Below are positions 1 to 8,425 of a stretch of DNA of 23,622 nucleotides, in pieces. The stretch lies in the IMG/VR virus record IMGVR_UViG_2537561575_000012. One strand, 5' to 3'. Numbering within the stretch: position 1 is the first letter of the stretch; the number at the start of each line of letters is the position of its first letter. The DNA is from a virus (Duplodnaviria > Heunggongvirae > Uroviricota > Caudoviricetes). The position numbers and the translations under genes were made by a program. The notes beneath the pieces were generated by a model that was not told where the DNA came from, did no database searches, and saw only the letters and a program-made list of their open reading frames with translations.

Positions 1-1
1 A

Positions 2-568
2 TTAGCCTCTTATCTTGAATTCTGCTATAACTTTGCCGATGAATACAAGGTCATTAATGTTCATATCAACAATGATATTCCCATAGTTAATCTTAACTTT
101 ATTATCAGGAATTCTAATAACTTGTTTTATAGAATGCTTTCCATCAATGGAGATTAACCAATCACCATCAACTACATCTGTGAAATCCCTCTCAATAAAA
201 TAAGAGTTATTCCCGTTTGATATCACAGATGGTGATGATAAACCATCAGGAATGAACACCTTGTCAAACATTAGTGTTCCTGCATCCAATAGCACTCCAT
301 CAATCAATTTTATTTTTTGAATATTGATGATGTCAGAAGTTAAATATTCATGTTTAGGAGGTAAGCCTGTTACCAGCCACTTTATGTTTACTCCTGTTTC
401 GAGCGCGCACTGAATAACCCAATCAGAAGGGAATGAATCTCTCATGTAGCGTGTAGCAAGACTGCTTTTTGATATGCCTAGTTGTTCACATAACGCCTGT
501 CTTGTAGTGAACCCATAGGCTTCAACCATCCTTTCGATAGCTTTCTTTCCACCTTGACTAAAATCCAT
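2..568 (-). CDS. cI: CI-type prophage repressor (186 CI-like)
   Basis: ORF 2..673 minus; start placed at internal ATG 568-566 (MDFSQGG...), stop TAA at 4-2, about 188 aa. N-terminal region EAYGF...QL...SSL..RY.R...DW...CALETG.N..WL.TG matches my memory of the P2/186 CI repressor N-terminal domain. Faces the early operon across a 126-bp control region. Confidence 0.75.
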   Translation of the reverse strand: MDFSQGGKKAIERMVEAYGFTTRQALCEQLGISKSSLATRYMRDSFPSDWVIQCALETGVNIKWLVTGLPPKHEYLTSDIINIQKIKLIDGVLLDAGTLMFDKVFIPDGLSSPSVISNGNNSYFIERDFTDVVDGDWLISIDGKHSIKQVIRIPDNKVKINYGNIIVDMNINDLVFIGKVIAEFKIRG

Positions 569-570
569 CG

Positions 571-644
571 ATTTCACCTTGTGAACTTTATGGTTGACGA
601 TTTCAATTTGTGATCTTATAGTCGCATTGATTTCAAAATGTGAC
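571..644. repeat. Three direct repeats ATTTCA-N4-TGTGA in the cI/apl switch region (candidate operator sites)
   Basis: Seen directly: atttcaccttgtgaa (571-585), atttcaatttgtgat (600-614), atttcaaaatgtgac (630-644), spaced about 29-30 bp. They flank and interleave the -35/-10 of the rightward promoter. Confidence 0.45.
594..622 (+). promoter_or_regulatory. Candidate sigma70 early lytic promoter (pR-like)
   Basis: -35 TTGACG at 594-599, 17-bp spacer, -10 TATAGT at 617-622, reading toward the apl-like gene at 695. A mirror TTGACG on the minus strand (656-661) may be the -35 of a face-to-face lysogenic promoter, but its -10 is weak. Confidence 0.5.
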
Positions 645-694
645 TTACAACTACTCGTCAATGTTAAACACACTTAAACAGGAGATGTTGCCTT

Positions 695-916
695 ATGACT
701 CAGCACATTTCAATCACATTAGCTGTCCCATCCATTTCGGTTGAAAAGTACAGTGAACTCACAGGGTTATCTGTAGACACTATCAACAGTATGCTCGCAG
801 ATGGACGCCTTAAGCGGCATCGTCTTCGCAAGGATAAAAAACGTGAAAAGGTAATGATCAACATTGCAGCCATGACAGTGGATGCGCTTGCCGATTCCAA
901 TGTCGTAATCAATTGA
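695..916 (+). CDS. Apl/Cox-like small excisionase/regulator (by position and size)
   Basis: 73-aa ORF immediately downstream of the pR-like promoter and opposite cI; GGAG at 681-684 about 10 nt before the ATG; small basic protein. The call is positional. Confidence 0.5.
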   Translation: MTQHISITLAVPSISVEKYSELTGLSVDTINSMLADGRLKRHRLRKDKKREKVMINIAAMTVDALADSNVVIN

Positions 917-948
917 TTCGATTTTGAAATAAAGGGAAGGGGCTGACT

Positions 949-1458
949 ATGTTTGATTATCAAGTTTCCAAACATCCACATTTTGACGAAGCCTGTCGTG
1001 CATTCGCACTGCGCCACAACCTGGTGCGACTGGCAGAACGTGCAGGCATGAATGTACAGATTCTGCGGAACAAGCTGAACCCAGCTCAACCTCATTTATT
1101 AACCGCACCAGAAATCTGGTTGCTTACCGATCTGACTGAAGATTCAACGCTGGTAGATGGCTTTCTGGCACAGATTCACTGCCTGCCATGTGTACCGATT
1201 AATGAGGTGGCAAAAGAGAAACTGCCGCATTATGTCATGAGTGCAACCGCAGAGATCGGGCGTGTTGCTGCAGGTGCGGTATCTGGCGATGTAAAAACCA
1301 GTGCAGGTCGTCGTGATGCTATCAGCAGCATTAACTCTGTAACACGACTGATGGCGCTGGCCGCTGTTTCATTGCAGGCCCGTTTACAGGCTAATCCTGC
1401 GATGGCGAGTGCAGTTGATACCGTGACTGGCCTCGGTGCTTCATTCGGTTTGCTGTGA
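949..1458 (+). CDS. cII: CII-like lysogeny establishment regulator (186 CII-like)
   Basis: 169-aa ORF, the same length I recall for 186 CII; N-terminus [20 protein letters not shown]... and C-terminus ...GASFGL resemble my memory of 186 CII; second gene of the early operon. Confidence 0.7.
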   Translation: MFDYQVSKHPHFDEACRAFALRHNLVRLAERAGMNVQILRNKLNPAQPHLLTAPEIWLLTDLTEDSTLVDGFLAQIHCLPCVPINEVAKEKLPHYVMSATAEIGRVAAGAVSGDVKTSAGRRDAISSINSVTRLMALAAVSLQARLQANPAMASAVDTVTGLGASFGLL

Positions 1459-1465
1459 GGTGCTT

Positions 1466-1666
1466 ATGCTGACGAAAGAACCATCATTTGCATCGCTGCT
1501 GGTAAAACAAAGTCCGGCAATGCACTACGGTCACGGCTGGATCATGGGTGAGGATGGTAAACGCTGGCATCCGTGCCGTTCACAAGATGAATTGCTGGCA
1601 GAACTATCTACGAAAAAACGGGGGAACAAATGGCTATTGAAGGCGCTGCGGCGACTGTTCCATTAA
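1466..1666 (+). CDS. Hypothetical small early protein (position of 186 fil)
   Basis: ORF 1436..1666 trimmed to ATG 1466, which is preceded by GAGGTG. No recognisable motif. Confidence 0.4.
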   Translation: MLTKEPSFASLLVKQSPAMHYGHGWIMGEDGKRWHPCRSQDELLAELSTKKRGNKWLLKALRRLFH

Positions 1667-1971
1667 GACCCGGTGAACGCCTGAATGGACTTAATCATAT
1701 TGCGGAGTTAAGGGCGAAATTTTTTGGTTTGAATATTGAGTCAGAGCTTGAGCGGTTTATTAAAGATATGCGTGATCCTCGGGATATCAATAATGAACAA
1801 AATAAACGGGCACTGGCTGCCATATTCTTTATGGCAAAAATTCCAGCTGAACGTCATAGCATCAGCATTAATGAGCTGACCACTGACGAAAAGCGGGAGT
1901 TGATTAAAGCAATGAATCATTTTCGTGCAGTGGTGAGCTTATTTCCCAGACGGCTAACCATGCCGAATTAA
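1630..1971 (+). CDS. Hypothetical early protein
   Basis: 113-aa ORF in the early operon; overlaps the previous ORF by 37 nt in another frame. No recognisable domain. Confidence 0.5.
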   Translation: MAIEGAAATVPLRPGERLNGLNHIAELRAKFFGLNIESELERFIKDMRDPRDINNEQNKRALAAIFFMAKIPAERHSISINELTTDEKRELIKAMNHFRAVVSLFPRRLTMPN

Positions 1972-2038
1972 CCAACTAATGAAATTAATGGCGTAAACCC
2001 GCCGGGCATCCCTTTATCTAAATTCAGGAGAATTGCTT

Positions 2039-2272
2039 ATGCGTAATATTGAAACCCTCACGACCAAAACCGGACCGGATGATGCAGGTCTTAATCTTTT
2101 ACTGACAGAGGCTCGTCTGGAAGAACGCCGGGCAAGGGCTGAAGCAATGGCTGCTCGCCTCGATAGCCTGGCGTGTCATATCACCTCCCGCCAGCTAAAC
2201 CACGTCGAAGCGGCAGAACTGCTGCGTGTGACTGCTGAAGCAATCCAGAACGAAGCGCAGGAGATCCACTGA
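2039..2272 (+). CDS. Hypothetical early protein
   Basis: ORF 2033..2272 with start at ATG 2039 preceded by AGGAGA; stop overlaps the next start (TGATG at 2270-2274). Confidence 0.5.
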   Translation: MRNIETLTTKTGPDDAGLNLLLTEARLEERRARAEAMAARLDSLACHITSRQLNHVEAAELLRVTAEAIQNEAQEIH

Positions 2273-2499
2273 TGGCTGATGCAATGGATCTCGTACAGCA
2301 GCGCGTTGAAGAAGAACGCCAACTCCATATCCGTGCTGCCCGTGCCAAAACGCCGGGCGTGTCCCGCGTGCTTTGCGTTGAGTGTGAAGCGCCAATTCCG
2401 CCAGCACGCCGCCGTGCCATTCCGGGTGTGCAGCTTTGCATTACCTGTCAGGAAATCGCAGAGCTGAAAGGCAAACATTACAACGGAGGTGCTGTATGA
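2272..2499 (+). CDS. TraR/DksA-family C4 zinc-finger protein
   Basis: 75 aa; C-terminal CVEC-x17-CITC zinc ribbon with upstream acidic helix (DLVQQRVEEERQ) fits the TraR/DksA pattern; translationally coupled to neighbours. Confidence 0.7.
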   Translation: MADAMDLVQQRVEEERQLHIRAARAKTPGVSRVLCVECEAPIPPARRRAIPGVQLCITCQEIAELKGKHYNGGAV

Positions 2500-3350
2500 G
2501 CACCATCCTGAAATGGGCAGGAAATAAAACCGCCATAATGTCCGAACTGAAAAAGCATCTTCCTGCTGGCCCGCGACTGGTTGAACCTTTCGCGGGTTCC
2601 TGTGCAGTGATGATGGAGACGGATTACCCCAGCTATCTTGTTGCGGATATTAATCCTGATTTAATCAACCTCTATAAAAAGGTTGCTGCTGATTGTGAGG
2701 CGTTTATATCTCGTGCCAGAGCTTTATTTGAGGAAGCAAACAGGGAGGTGGCTTATTACAACATAAGGCAGGAGTTTAATTACTCCACTGAAATTACTGA
2801 TTTCATGAAAGCGGTATATTTCCTGTATCTCAATCGTCACGGTTACCGTGGTTTATGTCGCTATAACAAGAGCGGGCATTTCAACATTCCCTACGGTAAT
2901 TATAAAAATCCGTATTTCCCTGAAAAAGAAATTCGCGCATTTGCAGAGAAAGCCCAGCGGGCAACGTTTATCTGCGCCAGCTTTGATGAAACGCTGGCGA
3001 TGTTGAAGGTGGGGGATGTGGTGTATTGCGATCCGCCTTATGACGGTACGTTTTCCGGCTATCACACTGATGGTTTCACTGAAGATGATCAGTATCACCT
3101 GGCATCCATTCTTGAACATCGGTCATCAGAAGGACATCCGGTCATTGTTTCTAACAGTAACACGTCTTTGACCCGGTCCCTTTATCGTAATTTCACTCAC
3201 CACTACATCAGGGCGAAACGCAGCATCGGCGTTGCAGCGGGGGAGGGAAAATTTGCAACAGAGATGATTGCCACTAAATCTGCTAATTGGTTTAGTGCCG
3301 ATTTTAGTAGGGGACGTGACTCTACTGTTATTTTCGGGGTGCAAGTGTGA
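2496..3350 (+). CDS. dam: DNA adenine methyltransferase (Dam family)
   Basis: ORF 2436..3350 with start at ATG 2496 ([18 protein letters not shown] upstream); motif I PFAGS and catalytic DPPY ([10 protein letters not shown]); ATGA overlap with the TraR-like stop. Confidence 0.85.
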   Translation: MSTILKWAGNKTAIMSELKKHLPAGPRLVEPFAGSCAVMMETDYPSYLVADINPDLINLYKKVAADCEAFISRARALFEEANREVAYYNIRQEFNYSTEITDFMKAVYFLYLNRHGYRGLCRYNKSGHFNIPYGNYKNPYFPEKEIRAFAEKAQRATFICASFDETLAMLKVGDVVYCDPPYDGTFSGYHTDGFTEDDQYHLASILEHRSSEGHPVIVSNSNTSLTRSLYRNFTHHYIRAKRSIGVAAGEGKFATEMIATKSANWFSADFSRGRDSTVIFGVQV

Positions 3351-4177
3351 AAGAAATGCACCACGGAATTCATCATTTCCATGGGACGCCTGTCTGGGGA
3401 AGTGCTGGCGACGTTCATCGTATTGCGGTGAGCGGAGCTGGCGCTTTCGTCTCCTATGTACGACCAGATCAGATTGCGGCGTCCATTCAGCACGCTCAGG
3501 TCGTCGGCATTGATAACGGCGCATTTTCTGCATGGGTGCGTGGGCTAAAAATTAACTGGAGTGATTTTTATAAATGGCTCCTGAACTATTACCACCATCC
3601 TAAGGTCGCTTTTTTTGTCATTCCTGATGTTGTGGACGGAGGTGAACGTGACAATGATGCCCTGATAAACGAAGTTCCGAAAATGTTCTACGGGAAGGCA
3701 ACTCCCGTCTGGCATCTGCACGAGTCAATCGATCGGCTTATCGAGCTATGTCGTGAATGGCCTCGTGTCTGCTTTGGATCGTCTGGTGAATATGCGGCTA
3801 TCAGAACTGCGCACTGGCATCGTCGTATGCAGGACGCTTTTGAAGCAATTTATTGCCGACACAATTTCAAAACAGCTGTTCATGGTTTGCGCATGCTTGA
3901 CGGTCGTGTGTTGGGAAATTACCCACTGGCGACTGCCGACAGTACAAATCTTGCCTGCAATGTCCCCAAATTTAATAGCAAATATCCTGAGCTGACGCGG
4001 GCTATTCAGGAGGCTGAGTATTCGCGCAATCTGACGGAAAAGGAGCTGAAAGCTGTCATTCTGAAAAACCGTTGCGCAATTTTAAAAGGTGCAATTGAAG
4101 CTGTTCGCCCACCTTCAGTTTCTGATTGGCTGTCGAATGGTTTGCAGCCTTCACAGCTCGAACTGGAGATTGCGTAA
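3347..4177 (+). CDS. Conserved hypothetical protein, translationally coupled between dam and the replication gene
   Basis: 276-aa ORF; GTG start at 3347 overlaps the dam stop (alternative ATG at 3356); its stop overlaps the next start (TAATG at 4175-4179). No motif I can assign with confidence. Confidence 0.6.
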   Translation: MKEMHHGIHHFHGTPVWGSAGDVHRIAVSGAGAFVSYVRPDQIAASIQHAQVVGIDNGAFSAWVRGLKINWSDFYKWLLNYYHHPKVAFFVIPDVVDGGERDNDALINEVPKMFYGKATPVWHLHESIDRLIELCREWPRVCFGSSGEYAAIRTAHWHRRMQDAFEAIYCRHNFKTAVHGLRMLDGRVLGNYPLATADSTNLACNVPKFNSKYPELTRAIQEAEYSRNLTEKELKAVILKNRCAILKGAIEAVRPPSVSDWLSNGLQPSQLELEIA

Positions 4178-6549
4178 TGAACTACAGCTATTCCTGGAAT
4201 GCTGAGAAAAAAGCAATCAATCCTTACGTAGAGACGGAAGAGCAATCTTCAGTTTCTGCGCTTTCAACCCTGATCGCTCTGTACGCTGCCGATAACGAGC
4301 AGGAACAGCTGCGCCGCGAGGCACTGAGTGATCAGGTCTGGGAGCGTTATTTCTTTAATGAATCCCGTGATCCTGTCCAGCGCGAAATGGAGCAGGATAA
4401 GCTCATTAGTCGGGCAAAGCTGGCGCATGAGCAGCAGCGTTTTAATCCAGATATGGTCATTCTGGCGGACGTTAATGCCCAGCCTTCCCATATCAGCAAG
4501 CCACTGATGCAACGTATTGAATACTTCAGCAGCCTGGGCAGGCCAAAGGCTTATTCCCGCTATTTGCGTGAGACGATTAAGCCATGTCTGGAACGGCTGG
4601 AGCATGTACGCGACTGTCAGCTATCCACTTCTTTTCGCTTTATGGCAAGCCATGAAGGGCTGGACGGCCTGCTGATCCTGCCTGAAATGAGTCAGGATCA
4701 GGTGAAACGCCTGTCCACCCTGGTAGCTGCGCATATGAGCATGTGCCTTGATGCAGCTTGTGGCGATTTGTATGTCACCGATGACGTTAAGCCAGAAGAA
4801 ATCCGCAAGACATGGGAAAAGGTGGCAGCGGAAACCCTGCGTCTGGATGTCATCCCGCCTGCGTTTGAGCAACTCCGCCGGAAAAGAAACCGCCGTAAAC
4901 CCGTGCCCTATGAACTCATTCCGGGTTCGCTGGCGCGTATGTTGTGCGCTGACTGGTGGTACCGGAAATTATGGAAGATGCGTTGCGAATGGCGGGAAGA
5001 GCAGTTGCGTGCTGTCTGCCTGGTCAGCAAAAAAGCATCTCCCTATGTCAGCTATGAAGCCGTGATGCATAAACGTGAGCAGCGCCGTAAGTCGCTGGAG
5101 TTTTTTCGTTCTCATGAACTGGTGAACGAAGACGGCGACACGCTGGACATGGAGGATGTGGTAAACGCCAGCAGCAGCAACCCTGCGCATCGCCGCAATG
5201 AGATGATGGCCTGTGTTAAAGGCCTGGAGCTTATCGCGGAAATGCGCGGTGACTGCGCCGTTTTCTACACCATCACCTGTCCGTCACGTTTCCATTCCAC
5301 GCTAAATAATGGCAGGCCCAACCCAACTTGGACAAATGCGACGGTAAGACAAAGCAGTGATTATCTGGTCGGCATGTTTGCTGCATTTCGTAAGGCGATG
5401 CACAAAGCCGGATTGCGGTGGTATGGCGTGCGGGTGGCTGAGCCGCATCATGACGGTACAGTTCACTGGCACCTGTTGTGTTTTATGCGCAAAAAAGACC
5501 GCCGCGCCATCACTGCATTACTGCGTAAGTTTGCCATCCGTGAAGACCGCGAGGAACTGGGCAATAACACTGGGCCGCGCTTTAAGTCTGAGTTGATTAA
5601 CCCGCGCAAAGGTACGCCAACAAGCTACATCGCGAAATACATCAGTAAGAACATTGACGGGCGTGGTCTGGCTGGCGAGATCAGCAAGGAAACGGGGAAA
5701 TCCCTGCGTGATAATGCTGAATACGTTAATGCCTGGGCGTCTCTGCATCGTGTTCAGCAATTCCGCTTCTTTGGCATTCCGGGGCGTCAGGCTTACCGTG
5801 AACTGCGATTGCTGGCTGGTCAGGCGGCAAGGCAACAGGGGGACAAAAAAGCAGGTGCGCCGGTACTGGATAACCCGCGCCTTGATGCCATCCTGGCTGC
5901 TGCTGATGCTGGTTGTTTTGCCACCTACATCATGAAGCAGGGCGGCGTACTGGTTCCCCGCAAATATCACCTCATCAGAACCGCTTATGAAATCAACGAA
6001 GAGCCGACCGCCTATGGCGATCACGGCATTCGTATTTATGGCATCTGGTCACCTATTGCAGAGGGCAAGATCTGCACTCATGCCGTGAAGTGGAAAATGG
6101 TTCGTAAGGCCGTTGATGTTCAGGAGGCGGCAGCCGACCAGGGCGCTTGCGCCCCTTGGACTCGTGGCAATAACTGTCCCCTTGCTGAAAATTTGAACCA
6201 ACAGGAGAAAGATAAATCAGCTGATGGGGACCCCAGAACGGACATTACCAGCATGGATGACAAGGAGTTGCACGAATACCTGCACAGTATGAGCAAAAAA
6301 GAGCGCCGGGAACTGGCAGCAAGGTTACGCCTGGTGAAACCGAAACGGCGTAAAGACTACAAACAGCGAATTACAGACCATCAGCGACTGCAGCTCGTGT
6401 ATGAGCTGAAGTCCAGAGGATTTGATGGCAGCGAGAAAGAGGTCGATTTACTCCTTCGCGGAGGCAGTATTCCGTCAGGAGCAGGCCTGCGTATCTTCTA
6501 TCGGAACCAGCGTTTGCAGGAAGATGATCAGTGGCGGAACCTGTATTAA
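4177..6549 (+). CDS. Rolling-circle replication initiation protein (P2 gpA-like, HUH endonuclease)
   Basis: ORF 4126..6549 with start at ATG 4177; motifs [14 protein letters not shown] (TVHWHLLCF) and double-tyrosine YIAKYISKN typical of phiX174/P2 gpA-type initiators. Confidence 0.8.
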   Translation: MNYSYSWNAEKKAINPYVETEEQSSVSALSTLIALYAADNEQEQLRREALSDQVWERYFFNESRDPVQREMEQDKLISRAKLAHEQQRFNPDMVILADVNAQPSHISKPLMQRIEYFSSLGRPKAYSRYLRETIKPCLERLEHVRDCQLSTSFRFMASHEGLDGLLILPEMSQDQVKRLSTLVAAHMSMCLDAACGDLYVTDDVKPEEIRKTWEKVAAETLRLDVIPPAFEQLRRKRNRRKPVPYELIPGSLARMLCADWWYRKLWKMRCEWREEQLRAVCLVSKKASPYVSYEAVMHKREQRRKSLEFFRSHELVNEDGDTLDMEDVVNASSSNPAHRRNEMMACVKGLELIAEMRGDCAVFYTITCPSRFHSTLNNGRPNPTWTNATVRQSSDYLVGMFAAFRKAMHKAGLRWYGVRVAEPHHDGTVHWHLLCFMRKKDRRAITALLRKFAIREDREELGNNTGPRFKSELINPRKGTPTSYIAKYISKNIDGRGLAGEISKETGKSLRDNAEYVNAWASLHRVQQFRFFGIPGRQAYRELRLLAGQAARQQGDKKAGAPVLDNPRLDAILAAADAGCFATYIMKQGGVLVPRKYHLIRTAYEINEEPTAYGDHGIRIYGIWSPIAEGKICTHAVKWKMVRKAVDVQEAAADQGACAPWTRGNNCPLAENLNQQEKDKSADGDPRTDITSMDDKELHEYLHSMSKKERRELAARLRLVKPKRRKDYKQRITDHQRLQLVYELKSRGFDGSEKEVDLLLRGGSIPSGAGLRIFYRNQRLQEDDQWRNLY

Positions 6550-6641
6550 TTACGCGGGTTAACAATTCGTACTCTTAATAATACCAGGCATATCAGGCTG
6601 ATGAACGTAAAAAATCGTTTTACATCAGTAAGATTATTATA

Positions 6642-6661
6642 TACTGTAAATATAAACAGTG
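6642..6661 (+). promoter_or_regulatory. LexA (SOS) box upstream of the small ORF/dinI-like operon
   Basis: taCTGTaaatataaACAGtg at 6642-6661 matches the LexA consensus CTGT-N8-ACAG with an AT-rich centre; about 44 bp upstream of ATG 6703. Confidence 0.6.
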
Positions 6662-6702
6662 GTTATGCATACAGCGTTGCGTGTGGTGTCATAGGAGGAA
6701 AG

Positions 6703-6891
6703 ATGCAGGACTATTTTTTGGAGTCTTTGAAGCTCCAGCGCATTGATTTTTTTCTTAAGCTTGTAGCGGCTAGTGAGTGTAGTGATGAAGAGAAGGGGCT
6801 GGCTCTGCAGTGGGTTTCTGAATTGACTGATGAACTCATGGCAAAAATCAGAACCCACGAATACAACCGCTCAATGGATGTCATCAGCTGA
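6703..6891 (+). CDS. Hypothetical 62-aa protein downstream of the LexA box
   Basis: ORF 6601..6891 trimmed to ATG 6703, preceded by AGGAGG. Position parallels the SOS-controlled operon near cos in phage 186; no sequence evidence for function. Confidence 0.5.
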   Translation: MQDYFLESLKLQRIDFFLKLVAASECSDEEKGLALQWVSELTDELMAKIRTHEYNRSMDVIS

Positions 6892-6901
6892 GGTGACTTT
6901 T

Positions 6902-7135
6902 ATGCGCATTGAAATAATGATCGATAAAGAGCAGAAGATTAGCCAGTCTACCCTGGACGCCCTTGAATCCGAGCTTTACCGCAATCTGCGCCCCCTGTAT
7001 CCCAAAACGGTAATTCGCATTCGCAAAGGTAGCTCTAACGGTGTGGAACTAACCGGACTGCAACTGGACGAAGAAAGAAAACAAGTGATGAAAATTATGC
7101 AGAAGGTGTGGGAAGACGACAGCTGGCTGCATTAA
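6902..7135 (+). CDS. dinI: DinI-family protein
   Basis: ORF 6830..7135 trimmed to ATG 6902 (GAGGTGA upstream); 77 aa. MRIEIMIDK...LDALESEL...KVWEDDSWL matches my memory of E. coli DinI (MRIEVTIAK...ALAGEL...ETWESADDW). Confidence 0.75.
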   Translation: MRIEIMIDKEQKISQSTLDALESELYRNLRPLYPKTVIRIRKGSSNGVELTGLQLDEERKQVMKIMQKVWEDDSWLH

Positions 7136-7270
7136 GAAACGTTGCTGGCGTCTGAACTTGCTTCTGGCGTCAGCAAGGTTGAACAACGAGCCCTTGCGAG
7201 GCGTTAGCTCTGTAGTGCATGTCTATGCCGCATGAGATCGCATGATCGTTTGAGGATCGTTTTTGCTAAG

Positions 7271-7295
7271 GCCCGCCAGAACTGGCGGGCTTTTG
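7271..7295 (+). terminator. Rho-independent terminator after the dinI-like gene
   Basis: GC-rich inverted repeat gcccgccag/ctggcgggc (7271-7290) followed by TTTT (7291-7294). Confidence 0.6.
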
Positions 7296-7329
7296 CGTAG
7301 ATCATGCAGGTGCATGAAAACCACTACAT

Positions 7330-7348
7330 AAAGCGGGCAGGCGTGGCG
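7330..7348. other. Candidate cos (cohesive end) site
   Basis: GGCGTGGCGGGGATACGAG; the first 13 nt match my recollection of the 186/P2 cohesive ends (GGCG[T/A]GGCGGGGAAAGCA...). Lies between the replication side and the portal side, as in P2/186. Confidence 0.45.
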
Positions 7349-7510
7349 GGGATACGAGCGCGCGTTAAGCCATATAAGAGTTATATATTGATTTGATTGC
7401 TGGACATACATACAGTATCGCTCTATCATCTAATAAATCTTAGGGTATTTGACAATGTTTGGATAAAATGGAACCTAACTTATTCATAATCCGCTAAACA
7501 GGGATGTCAG

Positions 7511-8425
7511 ATGCCATACCAATTGGTAGAGCTTAGCCCCGTAGCTAACGATCTTGAACAGTTAGGAACCAAAGAGAAGTTTTGGTTCTATTTCTCCGAT
7601 GACACTGTAAATTTGCAGTTGTTTAAGTACTCTAGGCCAGGTACTGGCGAGCATTGGTCTGAAAAGTGTGCTGCTGAGTTATGTCATTTGCTTAACATTC
7701 CACATGCTAGCTATGATTTGGCGCGATACAATGGTCGATTCGGTGTGGTGACTCAGAATATCATTCCATCTGGTTTCCGGATGGTAATGGGAAATGAAGT
7801 GCTTCACAGTTCGACATTCGATTATCCTGGGCCTTTACAAGCCGGGGAAAAGCCGGTAAGGGTCAGAGAACACACTGTCACAAGGGTCTTGGGTTGTTTA
7901 GATAGGGAATCTATCAAGCCTCCTCCGAGTGTATATGATCTAACCGGGCTAAATGCAGCAGATGTATTTTGTGGATATTTGATGCTCGATGCACTTGTGA
8001 GTAATCAAGATCGCCACCATGAAAATTGGGCAATCATGCTTAACAATGAAACTGGTGAGCAGTTTTTGTGTCCAACATACGATCATGCCGCTAGTTTAGG
8101 AAGGGAGATGTTAGATGATGAGCGTAACGAACGGCTTAATACTAAAGATAAAAATCGACAAATCCCATGTTTTGTAAGAAAAGCTCGCTCTGAGCTATTC
8201 AAAGCAAAAACTGATAAAAAGCCCTTGCTGACTGTTGAAGCATTTCAACATGCAGTTGAAGGGAGAGTTGCCGCTCGCGACCATTGGTTAGGTAAGTTGA
8301 GCGTTTTAACAGAAGATTCCATTACAGATGTGTTTAACCAAGTGCCTTCATCGTGTATATCCGACAGTGCACGTAGATTTGCAACGTTAATGGTAATGGA
8401 AAATCGCAGAAGGTTACTAGAATGA
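7511..8425 (+). CDS. HipA-like Ser/Thr kinase, C-terminal catalytic domain only (HipT-like)
   Basis: 304 aa; G-x-x-E-K loop LGTKEKF (aa 18-24), catalytic-loop-like SNQDRHHENWA (aa 164-174) and YDHAAS (aa 190-195) parallel HipA motifs; no HipA N-terminal domain; AGGGA before the ATG; stop overlaps the next start (ATGA at 8422-8425). Confidence 0.7.
   Translation: MPYQLVELSPVANDLEQLGTKEKFWFYFSDDTVNLQLFKYSRPGTGEHWSEKCAAELCHLLNIPHASYDLARYNGRFGVVTQNIIPSGFRMVMGNEVLHSSTFDYPGPLQAGEKPVRVREHTVTRVLGCLDRESIKPPPSVYDLTGLNAADVFCGYLMLDALVSNQDRHHENWAIMLNNETGEQFLCPTYDHAASLGREMLDDERNERLNTKDKNRQIPCFVRKARSELFKAKTDKKPLLTVEAFQHAVEGRVAARDHWLGKLSVLTEDSITDVFNQVPSSCISDSARRFATLMVMENRRRLLE

Noticed and set aside
2176-2478. 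Minus-strand ORFs (100, 86 and 70 aa) overlapping the TraR-like and upstream genes
   Set aside because: Fully embedded antisense to well-supported, translationally coupled plus-strand genes; no RBS or conserved motif; typical spurious open frames in GC-rich coding DNA.
2272-2499. Identification of the 75-aa zinc-finger protein as the Ogr/B late activator
   Set aside because: Ogr/B proteins have their first CxxC pair near the N-terminus; here the C4 ribbon is C-terminal with the acidic helix typical of TraR/DksA, and the gene sits in the early replication operon.
7449-7454. TTGACA at 7449-7454 as the -35 of the kinase cassette promoter
   Set aside because: No acceptable -10 hexamer at 16-18 bp spacing (the nearest A/T-rich hexamers are 9-10 bp or more than 30 bp away); a promoter is likely in 7400-7510 but cannot be pinned down from sequence alone.
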